A stretch of 63,882 bases of DNA, the filler included, from Cercozoa sp. M6MM (Eukaryota > Protista > Endomyxa: Ascetosporea), in NCBI GenBank assembly GCA_040357565.1. It is 11 parts of 11 records of this genome, joined end to end, with 100 filler letters (N's around TTAATTAATTAA, not from the genome) between each part and the next. Parts side by side here need not be neighbours in the genome. Positions count along the whole stretch, not along the records: positions 46,555 to 49,858 come from JBDODJ010001512.1; positions 49,959 to 54,192 come from JBDODJ010001193.1; positions 54,293 to 59,858 come from JBDODJ010000884.1; positions 59,959 to 61,032 come from JBDODJ010002193.1; positions 61,133 to 63,882 come from JBDODJ010001706.1; 6 more parts are not named here. One strand, written 5' to 3'. Shown piece after piece: positions 48,321 to 61,166 of the stretch (its first letter is position 1; each line of letters begins with the position of its first letter). Under the pieces are notes generated by a model. That model ran no database searches, was not told the origin of the DNA, and worked only from the letters and a program-made list of their open reading frames with translations. Made by a program: the position numbers and the translations under genes.

Positions 48321-49858
48321 ATGTCGATTTCGGAGCAGGAACGGCAGCAGCAGCGCGACAATCTGTGCGTTTTTTTTTGTGCATCCGCGCGGTTGTAATC
48401 TTCTGAAGCAAGTGTGTCCTTAGCGCACGCACAGCAATAAAACACGGAACGCCCGATGTAGCGGCGATGCAATGGGCCACCAAGGCCGAGAAGTGCGTTT
48501 CTCTCAGCCTGCGTGGTCAAGCAGTTCCCTGTACATTGCTTTGACTCAGGAAGGCGTTTGAAAATTGCCAGGGCGAGCGAAGGACGTACATTTCGCAACT
48601 CACGCGTACTCGAAAAAAGCTGGTCAAGCATGCGCGTGCTGTGAGGGTGCGTTTCCATTATTTGTTTTTTTGTTTTTTTTATTTCGACATAGTTTTGCTT
48701 TGCTTTGAGATGCTTTGTGCTTTGCTTTGAGATGTATTTTGTTTTGTTTCAAAATCGTTTTGCTTTGTTTAAAGATTGGTTGGTTTCGTTTCGAATTGGC
48801 GAAAACGCTTTGCTTTTTCGATGTTCTCGCTTTGGATGTTGTTTGCTTTGTTTGGCAGTTGTGGTGTGCGCTTTGTGAAAACCAGGGGGTGTGGTGAAAG
48901 GAGTGTTGTGTGTGTTGTGTGTTGGCAGGAGAAGCAGCGTTCGCAGCAAGGAACGCCGGTGGCAGCGGCAGCAGCAGCAGCGACAGGCGGCGGCTTTGTG
49001 CAGACAGGATCGCTGCCGTCGTCGACGACGAGTTCGGCGAGTGCGTCGTCTGCGTCGTCGCGCCGATCGTCGCGCATGGGCACACCGGTAGTTTTGCCTT
49101 TTTCTTGTCCCGCTTGACTTGCTTCTTACTCCCCTTTTACCTTATCCCTATTTACTGCATACTTACTCCCTATACTCCCTATTTACCCCTCTATTTACTC
49201 CCTATTTACCCCTCTATTTAGTCCCTATTTACTCCCTATTTACCCCTCTATTTACCCCTCTATTTACCCCCCTGTTTACCCCCCTGTTTACTCCTCTATT
49301 TTCCCCTCTATATACCCTTCTATATACCCCCTATTTACCCCTCTATATACCCCTCTATATACCCCTCTATATACCCCTCTATANNNNNNNNNNACCCCTC
49401 TATATACCCCTCTATATACCCCTCTATATACCCCTCTATACCCCTATTTTATTTACCCCCTATTTTACCCCCCTATTTTACCCCCCTATTTACCACCCAT
49501 CTAACCACCCATTTAGCCTTCTTGTTAAGTCCACTTAAACCCCTCCCGAATTACGCTTCGCTCCAGCAGATGCAGACGCCGGTGCGGCAGGTGCAGTCGC
49601 AGCCGCAGCAGATGCAGCAGATCGGCGTGACGACGGAGCCGTCGTTCCTGAAGGAGGAGGTGCTGCGCGTGCAGGAGCGAGTGCAGGAGGTGGCGCAGCA
49701 GTGTCAGGAACCACTGGAGAAAACGCTGCGATTGGAGCCGCTGCTGTCGCTGTGTCGACGGACACTCTGCAGCATTGCGAGACTGCCTCCGAGTGCTGTA
49801 CGGCACGTGTTTACCCCCCTGTTTACCCCCCCCCCCTGTTTACCCCCCTGTTTACCCC
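48321..49858 (+). CDS. KIX-domain, Gln-rich protein (Med15-like), truncated
   Basis: Spliced MSISEQERQQQRDNLARTAIKHGTPDVAAMQWATKAEKKAFENCQGERRTYISQLTR resembles a KIX three-helix bundle; followed by S/A- and Q/P-rich exons. Confidence 0.55.
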
Positions 49859-49958
49859 NNNNNNNNNNNNNNNNNNNNNNNNNNNNNNNNNNNNNNNNNN
49901 NNTTAATTAATTAANNNNNNNNNNNNNNNNNNNNNNNNNNNNNNNNNNNNNNNNNNNN

Positions 49959-52900
49959 AGGAAGGGTCTGAAAGGAAGAAAAGGGCAGAAGCTACAGGCA
50001 GCGAGGCAGCAGGCGTCGACTTGACCGACTGCCGCACCAGCGAGAGCACACCCTGCGGTGCCCTGCCACTGCAGCTGCTGTTGTTGTTGTTGCTGTTGTT
50101 GTTTCTCTTGTTGTTGCCGCCGCCATCGCTCGAGTGCAGCGACACTCCGCGCGGAGGCGACAGCCACACGGCGGCGCCCTCGTTCTGATTGGCCTGCTTG
50201 CTGACCGCGTGCTGCTTGTTGTGTGCCACTCTGGGGGGAGGTAAGAGGTAAGATGGGGTAAGATGGGGGTAGATGGGGAGTAAGATGAGGGTAAGATGGG
50301 GTAAGACTACCGTCGCACGTGCAGACGACACAGAATCGCCATGCGATCGAGTTCCACGAAGAACGGTTTCGCCTCGACACTCACCAGGTGCGCGAACACA
50401 CGTCTCGCTGATAAGAGGGGGCAGGGACGGGTAAAGGAGATAGGGGAAAAAAGGGGGGAGGTAACAAAGCTACCAGGCACACGCGCCGTGGCCGTGACAG
50501 TGCTGTCGCCGGAGGGAGTGTCACCGCCAAGGTTGTTCTTGTAGGACACGGTGAGCGCAATGTCCGGCAGTGCACGCCAGTCGTGATTACTGCGAATCTG
50601 TCCACCGTGTACACAATGTACCGTTCAACGTACACATGGACCGTACACATGGACCGTACACATGGACCGTACATATGGACCGTACACATGGACCGTACAC
50701 ATGGACCGTACACATGACCGTATACCAGGAGAGGCGCCAGACGCGACTGCAGCGCCGGCGTCAGGAACATGCCGCTGCTGTCGGTGTCGCGGCGACACCG
50801 CACCGCCTGCGACACGGCGCCGAAACTCACGCGCACCTGCACCTCGTCCTGTCCATATGTACTGTCCATATGTACTGTTCACAAGTACTGTCCATATGTA
50901 CTGTTCACAAGTACTGTCCATATGTACTGTCCATATGGACAGAGGTACACATGAGATCGGCAGTTCGACGTCGACACCGGCCACGTCGCAGCACAGCGCG
51001 AAGCAGTGCGACATCGAACGCGCCGACACGCGCTCTGCGTCCGCACGCGACAGCGCGCAGTTCTGCTCACACGTGGCCCCCATCTTACCCTCATGTCACC
51101 CCTCTACTCCCCGTGTTACCCCCTCCCCCAAAGTGACAGACCTGAGGCGCCGGCAGACTGCTGCGCAGCTGTCCGAAATCCGAAGCAAGAGCCGACACGA
51201 AAACGCGGCCTTCCAGAACGTCGTGGTGCTATTGGACAAGGAGAGTACTGGGGGGGGGNNNNNNNNNNNNNNNNNNNNNNNNNNNNNNNNNNNNNNNNNN
51301 NNNNNNNNNNNNNNNNNNNNNNNNNNNNNNNNNNNNNNNNNNNNNNNNNNNNNNNNNNGGGAAAGGGAGGTTAAGGGGTAAAGGGAGGTTAAGGGGTAAA
51401 GGGAGGTTAAGGGTAAAGGGAGGTTAAGGGGTAAAGGGAGGTTAAGGGGTAAAGGGGAGTAAAGGGGAGCTAAAGGATTAAGCTACCCCAGCCATGAGGA
51501 CGAGCGCGACACGCGCGTGTCGGAAGGCGTCCTGACGCAGCGCCAGTGGCAGACACACGAAGCGCATCGCCTCCGTCACTCGCACTGCTTACATTTTGCG
51601 CCCCCTTAATCATAACTCCCCGCCTGTCCAAGGAGGCTACAAACGTACCGCAGGCCAACGTATTGGTCGCCTCGGTTGCAAAGGCCACCAATTGCAGACT
51701 GTAGCCTTTATTCGCTGTCGGGACGGGGAGGGGGTAAAGTAGGGGTAGAAGGGTAAAGGGTAAAGGGGGGGGGGGGGGGGTAAAACCGAGGAATTGAGAC
51801 GTACCATTGACCAGTAGGTCGCCAATGACGACGTCGACATTGACACGACGTCGGTCCTCGTCCTCGTCCTTGCTGTCCTTGTCCTTGTCTTTGCTGTCCT
51901 TGTCCTTGCTGTCCTTGTTCTTGTCCTTGCTGTCCCTGTTGCCTGCCGTGCCTGCCTCCTCCTCCGACTGCAGGTCGACCCGATGCCGATCCTCGGGCAC
52001 CTCCTGCAGGATGCGACGCGGCACCAGCTCCATCTCGCCTGGGAGAGGGAACAAAGGGAGTAAGGAGAGGGAACAAAGGGAGTAAGAAGAGGGAACAAAG
52101 GGAGTAAGGAGAGGGAACAAAGGGAGTAAGGAAGGGGTGGAGGGGGGGGGCAAAACACACCAGCACTGCTGCCAGCGGCACTGCCTCCACCGAATGCGAT
52201 CTACACCGGGGAGGGGTAAAGGGAAGGAAGCGGGGGGGGGGGGGGGTAAAACGTCTTGCCTGCATGAAGGAGCGACGCGTTTTCGTCTTGGAGCGCGGCG
52301 TTTCTGCCTTGTTCTCCTGTGCATGTGTACACACGGACAGGTACAAATGGATCTCCCACAGGGACAGGTACAAATGGACCTCCCCACAGGGACAGGTACA
52401 AATGGACCGCACTACCTGACCGGGCGACAGGGCGACGGCCGACTGACGCCGACTGCGCCGACGTCCGTGTACGTCCGTCTGCCCATACAGATCCTCGGTC
52501 CAAATGGTCTATTTGGACAAGGACAAGGTGGTCCATGTGGACACAAGGACTGTACCGGTGCAACGAACGACAGACGTCGCAGCGTGTTGAATCGACTCGG
52601 TTCTGTCGCACACAAGTATACACATATATACATGTACATATAAATACACACACATATGTGTATGAGAACATAGGTACTGCTGCTGTCCTGCAATCGACGC
52701 GCCTCCTTCAGCAGCACCTCCGGCACCAGAGTCTCACGCCGCAGCATCACTGCAGGGGGACGGGTAAACAGGGGGGTAAACAGGGGGTAAACAGGGGGGA
52801 GGGGGTAAAACAGCCACTGTACACGTGGTGGTGGCATGCGCCGACTCGTGCACCTCAGCGCAGTACGACGCCAGTGTCTGCACAAACACAAGCTTGTTCA

Positions 52901-54095
52901 TTTTTCTTGGTATACTATCTAGTTGGAGAAATACATACATTCCAAAAGGCGGCGCTGCTCTCGGCACGACGCGCTTGCTTTCTCTGAGGGGAGGAGGTAA
53001 GAACGAGACAGGGGACAACGGGGGGGGGGGGGAAGGGGGAAAAAGGAGGGAGTGGGGGGGGGGGGTAAAGCTGCACCTGCATGTGCCGATCGGCGCGCGT
53101 GTACTCGAGCACACTCAGCATGTCATTGACGCGTACACTGTTCTCCCACTAAGTTGCACACAAACAAGCTTGGATTCGGGCAAGGGGTTGAATTCGTATC
53201 ATTGCCTGCACTGTGTGGTACAAGTGAAGAAGCCAACTGCGCCAGTTTGAACGTTCGCTCGTTCTTGGACATCTCCGCGCACACCACGTGCGCCTCCTGA
53301 GGGGTAGAGGGGAGGGGTAAACAGGGGTGAACGGAGGGGTTAAAGGGGTAAAATAGGTAAGGGGGTAAAGCTACAGTGGTGCGCAGCAGGAGTTCGCGGC
53401 GCGGCGACTCGTGCGAAAAGACGAAACTGCGCGCTTCGTCCAGCACTCCCTAAACAGGTAGAAAGGGGGTAAAGGGCAAGGGGTTAGGGGGTAAACGGGA
53501 GATACATGGAGCGACTCCCACTGCGGTGCGTGCCAGTCGCTGCGCCAGCGCGGTGCCGTCGCCGTCACGTGCGACAGCAAGGCACCTGTGCACATACACA
53601 CACATACACCACGCAAGAATACATGTAGTGTGTTCGTGTAGAGGGCGGGATACTCCGCATGCGGAAACCGAAACGCGTTGCCGTGCTTTCCTCTGCTCAT
53701 AGGGTAGAGGTAGACGGTAGGGTAGGGAAGGGTAGGGTAGGGTAGGGTAGGGTAGGGTAGGGTAGGGTAGGGTAGGGTAGGGTAGGGTAGGGTAGGGTAG
53801 GGTAGGGTGGATAGAGGGTAGGTAGGGCAGAGGGTAGGATCGGTAGGTGAATATCGCACCAGCGGCATCAAAGTCGACGTTGCCAGGCTCATGCAGACTC
53901 ATCTGCAACTCGCGCGACGTCAGTTTCAGCGAGTTCACCAGTGCAGCCTGTCCAAAGTTCGGGAGGAGGGGTGTTAGGGCATCACAGAATCTGACCGTGA
54001 GGGATCAGGGGTCACAAGGGATACATGGGCTCGTGGTACCACGTAGCCATTGTCGAACAAGTGCGCATGCCGTGCATTCACGACCGCAAGTCTAC
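49959..54095 (-). CDS. Internal part of a large uncharacterised protein; introns packed with minisatellites
   Basis: More than 15 GT-AG-bounded exons; beta-rich segments (VNVDVVIGDLLVN, LVSVEAKPFFVELD) weakly suggest a VPS13/ATG2-like repeating beta-groove protein, not established. Confidence 0.55.
50631..50940. repeat. Two oppositely oriented 13-bp intronic minisatellite arrays
   Basis: (TACACATGGACCG)n at about 50631-50721 and (CTGTCCATATGTA)n at about 50849-50937. Confidence 0.9.
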
Positions 54096-54292
54096 GGACA
54101 TCAATGGTAGGTAGGTAGAGGTAAGTAAGTAGGTAGGTAGGTAGATAGGTAGGTAGGTAGGTAGGTAGGTAGGTAGGTAGGTAGGTAGGTAGNNNNNNNN
54201 NNNNNNNNNNNNNNNNNNNNNNNNNNNNNNNNNNNNTTAATTAATTAANNNNNNNNNNNNNNNNNNNNNNNNNNNNNNNNNNNNNNNNNNNN

Positions 54293-57200
54293 AAACGTGC
54301 CTGTGCAGGCGAATGCGCCGTGCGGCAGTCGGGCATTTTTTCGTCGGCGCACGCGCTGAGCGACCTCGAGGTGCGATTTGTTGTTTCTTGTTGTTGTTTC
54401 TTGTTTGTTGTTGTTGTTTCTTGTTTTTGTTGTTGTTGTTGTTTTTGTTGTTGTTGTTTTTGTTGTTGTTGTTATTGTTGTAGTTGTTTTTGTTGTGTTT
54501 TGTCGTGTGTGTTTTGTTGTGTGTTTTGTTGTGTGTGTTTTGTTGTGTGTATTGTTGTGTCTCGATAGTTATTGTTTTTGTGGTTTGTGTTCTTGCTGGT
54601 GCTGCGTTGTTGTCTGAGCTTCCGCGTGGACAGGCGGGAGAGACGCCGTTCGTGCCGCTGGTGGCATGGTTGCAGCAACATGAAAAGACGCGCGGCGGCG
54701 TCCGCGCGGACAGAGGGCGGGAGAAACGCGGCGTGCGCAGCGTGCAGCGCGGCGTTCTGCGCAGTAACTGCGTCGACTCGCTGGACCGCACTGGTGTTTT
54801 GCCCCCCTGTTTACCCCCTGTTTACTCCCTGTTACACCCGCCGTACCCCCTGTTACACCCCTCGTTCACCCCCTGTTTACCCCCCTGTTTACCCCCCTGT
54901 TTACCCCTGTTTATCCCCCCCCGGCAGGCGCGGCGCAGGGCGTGGTGGCGCAGGTGGCGCTGCAGCAGCAGTGTCGTTGTCTGGGCGTGCCGACGACGCC
55001 GTCGTTGTCGCGACAGCTGCAGCTGCTGCTGGATCGATGTGGAGACACTCTGGCCTGGCAGTACGGGTAGGCTTGAGTTAAGCCCCTCTACACCCTCCCT
55101 TCTACCCTCTCTTTACCCCTCCCCTACCCTTGTGTAGTGGATCGCAGATGCACCGCCAGTTGCGCAAGGAGCAGAAGGAGCAGACGCAGCAAGAAGGCAG
55201 CAGCAAACTGATCACGTCGGTGCGACGACACCTGGCCAATGCCTTCACCGACAAGGTTGTTTCTTGTGTCTCAACAGGGCGGGAGGCTTTTTGAAAGATA
55301 CGTTTCTGCAGGAGAAACAAGACGGCATGGATCTCTTTTTAGGCGCCTGGCTACCGCTCCCTGTTGCCTTGGACGAGAATTCTACGGGCGATGTGAGTGT
55401 TACCCCTCCCCCAACCTCTTGTATTTTGCTGTTTGACCCCTGCTTCCGCGAGGACAGAGATACATTTTCCGAGGCGACGAGAACCGTCGGCGACCGTTCG
55501 TGGTGCCGCCAGATCCGTCGCGCACCGTGTTCGATGACGCGCTGCTGTGCCTCGCCTGCGGTGCCGCCAATGTTCAGAATCGTCGCTTTTGTCGCAGTGA
55601 TGCGTCGCTACTCCTATCTGCACAGTCCAAGCTACGTTGTTCGCCTGTCAGTGTACGTCCGTGCGGATTCCTCGTTTTTCGCTTTGTGCTTTGTGAATTT
55701 TTCTTTTTGACTTTACCAGCAACTGACGCATTTCGACGAATTGATCGCTCGGATGCGCTTTCATCACGCCGAAGGAACCGGTAGATTTTCTTGGGGGCCT
55801 TTAGAGACTCTCTGAGAGTCGTTTATGCATTCTTTTTCAATCAGCTGTGGCAGCGAGTCTCTGGAATCCGAAAAACCTCCTCCGCGCGGAAGATGATGGT
55901 CAGTTTTCTCGCTGGTTTAACAAAAATTGAACTGATCTGTGTTTGCTCAGGCCTCCCAGTGAAAGCAAGCCACGAGAATGCTCTTGAGAGCAACGAGAGA
56001 GTACCAACCACATGTTTCGACCCAGTTGAGAATTGGGTAGCTTTAATTCACAGGTGCGCGAAGTTTTTGTTGAGCGTGACGTGCACTTGAAGCCAGAGAC
56101 TGCTTCGAAGGCATCCGAGCAGTTTTCAACACTCCGGGAACTCGGCGTTGTGCGTGAAATCGGTTTTAATGCTGCTTGAAACGTAAAGCAATCCATCTTG
56201 CTTTACTTTTTTGTTTTTTCCAGGCCCGAGCGGAAGCTCGTTTTTCCCCGACCATGCATCAGACGAGTATTGCACAGACGTTCTGTTGTACCAAACTTGC
56301 ATTGTGTGCTGTGGTGTGTCCCACCGCATTTGATATTCTGTGTGTGATATCCCAGCAAGGATGACTCGACAAGGCGTCGAAATGCTCCGAATTCTGCTTC
56401 GTGCCCGCGAAGGTACATGAGTCAAACCAATGCCCCGTGTTCAAATTTCCGTCACTGAATAGCAGCAAACGCGACCTGAAACACCGTCGACGCCGTGCCA
56501 TGTCCTTCTCGGTACAGGCGTGCCCTGGAAGCTGAAAGCTGGGATACGGTAGAATTGATACTTACGTGCGCATGTGTGCTTTTAAAGCCAACGCTGCCGA
56601 ATCGGGAGATCTCGATGCACACGCCGAATGCTTGGAGGTACAGGTCTTGTCGAACTCGGTGTGCTGCCTTTGCTCTTTGTGCACACTCAACTACCTCGAA
56701 CTGACTGATTGAAGCACTGACACCAACACGGAGATGGACAGCGACAGCGACGTCGACAGCGACCACACGAAACAGAGCGACAGCGGAAGCAGCGGCTGGC
56801 GGCGATTCTTCGTAGCTTTTGCTTTTTTCGTTGTTGCTGTTTCTGTCCGCTCCTTTTCGCAGCGGAGAATAGCCACAACGAAAGCGATTGCTGTGTTTGC
56901 AGAAAAGCATGTCGTCGCAGTTGTTTCCGAGTCGCTCGGTGCGTCCGTCGATGGACACGCCTGTTCCGAGTGGTGTGTTTTCTCTTTACTGATCTAACCG
57001 ATGAGTCTGTTGACACGCGTAGAGGAGAGCGACACGGACGGGCTGAGTGCGCGCGTGCCAATGCGACGCTGGGTGCGCGGTGTGCTCGATCATCCGTACT
57101 AGCACCTCTACCCCTCCTCACCTTCCCCTTACCTTCCGCTTAACCCTGTAGTGACGACGGTTATATCACTGAGGCGTACGACGGTTCCAACACGACTCAG

Positions 57201-57642
57201 GCGCCATCGGTGAGCGAGCATGACAGCGAGTACAGCGACAACGAGAGTCTCGTCGGCGACGCCGCCTCTGAGGAAGACGAGGCCACCACGCGCTCCTTTT
57301 ACGCGGCCTACCTGTCGCACCAGGCTCCCTACGAATTGATCCGACATGTCACACCGCCGTCGGTACTCTCTACTTGCTTCTCTACTCTATACTCCCATAC
57401 ATCGCCATGTATTTCCCTCGGTAGGCGCTGACGCCAAAGCAGCACGTACAGTCGTTACGTCGTTACTGCGTCGCACCTGCTTGGTACGGACTCCTTATCC
57501 CCGCTCTTCTTTTGATCTCTGATGGCGTGAGTGGCAACGCAGCGAGGAGCAGCTGTCGGAACGCGCACTGCGACACGCCGAGCGACTGCGACAGGAGTGT
57601 CATGGCCAGGCCACGTGCGGTCAGTGGCCCGATCGCGACTGA
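54293..57642 (+). CDS. FIG4: FIG4/Sac3 phosphoinositide phosphatase, 3' part with long tail
   Basis: QRGVLRSNCVDSLDRT (CX5R), GDTLAWQY.GSQ, ITSVRRHLANAFTDKEKQDGMDLFLG; exon chain after about 55650 is less certain. Confidence 0.8.
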
Positions 57643-57726
57643 CGTGGCATCCTGTCAGCTGCAGTATTGAAAAAATAGTGTTTTAGTTTTAACTCGCCGC
57701 GCACGACGATGAAAAAGCGAGCGCAC

Positions 57727-58707
57727 TTAGGCCGGCGCCACCGACGGGTGCAGCAGGTGGTGGTACCGCTCGGTGAGCATCTCTGGTCGCACATAGGCTG
57801 GCAGCGGCCGCGGTTGGAAGCCTCCGTCCTAGCACACGCAATTGTAAAAGGGCAGGCGGGAGGGGGGAGGGGGGTAAAGCAAGAATACAATGCCATTTCG
57901 CACGACCGACTCGGAGGTTTCGACCTCGTCGAGTTCGCGGTTAAACTCTACGCAGGGGTAGGGGTGGGGGTAGGGAGGTAGGGTAAAGGGGAAGGGGTGA
58001 AAGGAGGTACCCTTGGGAACCTCGTGCAAACGCAGGAAGAAGTCCTTCTCGGGCAGAGGCACAACGTTGCCGTGCAGCGTGACACGCTGGCCGTCCTTCC
58101 ACTGCGCCGGCGTCGGCTTGCCCGTGACAGGGTCGATGAGAGCGAGCACGTAGTAACTCACCGGGAGTTCCTCCGGGTCGGCGGACCAGGGCACCTTCTG
58201 CGCGTTGAGACCGGCCACCTTGAGTTCCATGCGCGCGTAGTCCACGGCCGTCACGACGCCCTCGGCGTACAGGATCTTCTGCTTCTCCCACTTGTCCTCG
58301 TCCTCGTCAGTATCCACCCTACCCAGGGGGGGGGGGGGGGTAAGGGAGCGGATAGAGTGCAACAGGACTTACTTGACCATGTGTTTGGCCTTCTTGTGCA
58401 CACACGCCACGCGATCACCCACACGGAAGAGCCACTTCTCTGTGGGAGGAAGGTAGAGAGCAAGGGGGGGGGTAAGGGGTAAAGAGATAAAGACCAGGCA
58501 TGACACGTCGCATACGCGACGGCAGCGCGAAACGGCCGCCGGTGTTGAAGGCGAGACCGGCGTTGCGTCGGATGTTCTACCACAAAGACACGAGGACATA
58601 GAGACATCTCGACATAGATACACACGATGGACAGGCCTACAGTCTCGCTCTTGGTGCTGCGGATCAGCGTCTTCTTGCCGGAGAACTTGCTTGCTGTCAA
58701 ACACACA

Positions 58708-58750
<43 letters not shown>

Positions 58751-58920
58751 AAACAGGGAAGGGAGGGGACGGAAGGAGGGGTACCGAAGCGCGCCTCCAT
58801 CAGCACATTGTTCATGCCATGTGCCGTGCGACCCAGCAGACCCTGACGCGTCAGGGCGTCCTTGGTACGCAACGACAGCTCCGTCACGGAGCGTTGCACC
58901 ACTCGCTTGCGTCCGCCCAT
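57727..58920 (-). CDS. MRPL24: Mitochondrial ribosomal protein uL24m
   Basis: KWLFRVGDRV, GVVTAVDYARMELKVAGLN, LALIDPVTGKPT, GQRVTLHGNVVPLP; basic N-terminal extension. Confidence 0.8.
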
Positions 58921-59167
58921 GCTTCTGTTCTGTGCGTTTGCGTCGAAAAGATATCTCCCCTAAGCTGCACTGCCAGCACTGCCTAGAGCACCAAACACTG
59001 TGACACACGCGTGTGGATACGCTGTGACTCCTGGCGTGCACTAGTGCTCAAGATATTAAAATAATTAAGGAATACTCGATCAATCAGCGCAGCGTTAACA
59101 TTGTGCACGTTGTGGCCTCCAGCCCCAGACTTGGTCACTGTGAGTGCACACGCAAGCTGGTAGTGCG

Positions 59168-59858
59168 ATGAGTGGCAGCAGCGGTGTCAAGTGGCTGTAC
59201 GAAGCGATTCGGCGCGAGGCATCGTGGCAGCGTCAGCCCTTGTCGGCCGGCGCCAAGGTTTTTTGACCACTTGTTTTGACGATTTGGTTTTTCGTATTTT
59301 ACATCGTGTCCGCGCGGATGCGTCCGTTGATATCTTTCGCTGATTTCTGGTGTAGCAATGGCTCTACGAACGCGAGTTGGAGGAGCGTTCGGAAACGATC
59401 GAATCCACGACAGTATGAGTGTTTACCCCGTGTATACCCCGTGTACCCCCTGTTTACCCCCTCCTTTTGTCGGCAGGTGCAGCGCCTGATAAGTGGGCGC
59501 AAGGTCGGTCTGGCCAGCAGTGCGGCCGCCACTCTGGGCGTCGACATCGACGACGTGTCGATCGACATGTCGCAGGTCTGGGATCGACCCGACTTTCGCG
59601 AACTCTTCCACGAGTACACCTTGCTTAAAAGGGTAGGGGGGGGGGGGGGGTAAACAGAGGGGTAAACAGGGGGGTAAACTGCGCGGTATGTGCAGGTACA
59701 TGAGTCGGTCGGGTCATGCCAATGCCTTGTTGTTCCTGGAGCGAGCACAGGCATACGCCGCCGGCGATGACGACGACGACGACGACGTTGAGTGCGTTTT
59801 TACCCCCCTGTTTACCCCCCTATTTACCCCCCTGTTTACCCCCCTATTTACCCCCCTA
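59168..59858 (+). CDS. RGS-domain-containing protein, 5' part
   Basis: VWDRPDFRELFHE|YMSRSGHANALLFLERAQAY resembles the N-terminal RGS helices (GRELFREFL...ENLLFW). Confidence 0.6.
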
Positions 59859-59975
59859 NNNNNNNNNNNNNNNNNNNNNNNNNNNNNNNNNNNNNNNNNN
59901 NNTTAATTAATTAANNNNNNNNNNNNNNNNNNNNNNNNNNNNNNNNNNNNNNNNNNNNCCCCCCCCCCCCCCCAG

Positions 59976-60525
59976 GGAGCAGCAGCAGCAGACGGCGCTG
60001 TCGTGGCGCGAGACGCTCGGCGCGGCGTGTCGCCTGGCGACGGCCCTGCGCGCCGTCCACGCGGCCGGCGTGGTCCATTTGGACGTCAAGCCGGACAACG
60101 TCATGTGCGTCGGCCGCGTCCGCGCGGACGTCGGCGTCACTGGCGTCGACTTGGCACGTGGCCGACTCGCGACACGGCACGACGATGCACTGCTGCCGAC
60201 CTACAGGCCTGCCGACGATTTGACCGACGGTTTGACCGACGGTTTGACCGATGATCCCACTGACGGTGCTCCCACTGACGCTGATCCCACTGACGGTTCG
60301 ATCGATGATGCCACGGACGGTGTCACTGCGAGTGAGCACGTGACCGATCTGGACTTCCGTCTCTGCGACTTTGGACTGGCGTGCCGCTTCGACCGCGCGC
60401 GCTGGCGTCGCCGACACCGCGTCCGCGCGGACGGGCGGCCTGTCCACTCCGTCCCCGTTGGTACACACCTCGGCCCATCTGTACATGTGTACAGGTACAT
60501 GTGTACACGTATATGTATGTGCATA

Positions 60526-60560
<35 letters not shown>

Positions 60561-60869
60561 ATATCATGTATTTATGTATTGTCTATATTATATATTATCT
60601 ATTTGTGTGTTAACTATTTGTACATTAGATATTTATATAGTATCTATATTGTATTATTTATTTATTGTCTATTGTATATGATCTATTTATGTGTTATCTA
60701 TGTATACATTAGATATTTATATATTATTATATACATATATATATATATTTTTTTTAAAATATTTTATTTTCTCTATTTGTGCAGTATTTATTTCTATTTT
60801 ATCTGTTATATTATCTATTTATATTTTAACTTTATGTATATTATCTATATTATATGCTATTTATATATC

Positions 60870-60903
<34 letters not shown>

Positions 60904-61006
60904 CTTTGTATATGTATATATGTACACAGACCAGGAGGACGAGCGACTCTTGTCGTCACTCGTCGAAGGCGACAAACGCTACTTGGCCGCCGAGATGCTC
61001 TCGGCT
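59976..61006 (+). CDS. Wee1/Myt1-like protein kinase, internal fragment
   Basis: VHAAGVVHLDVKPDNVM, LCDFGLA, EGDKRYLAAEML. Confidence 0.8.
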
Positions 61007-61135
61007 GTGTGTTGCATCCTTACCCCCCCCCANNNNNNNNNNNNNNNNNNNNNNNNNNNNNNNNNNNNNNNNNNNNTTAATTAATTAANNNNNNNNNNNN
61101 NNNNNNNNNNNNNNNNNNNNNNNNNNNNNNNNGTG

Positions 61136-61166
<31 letters not shown>

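Noticed and set aside
50631-50940. Tandem repeats as a CRISPR array
   Set aside because: No unique spacers, no cas genes; eukaryotic introns.
60323-61088. Hydrophobic Y/I-rich, P-rich or CV/HT-repeat ORFs in the track
   Set aside because: Translations of intronic microsatellites and low-complexity DNA.
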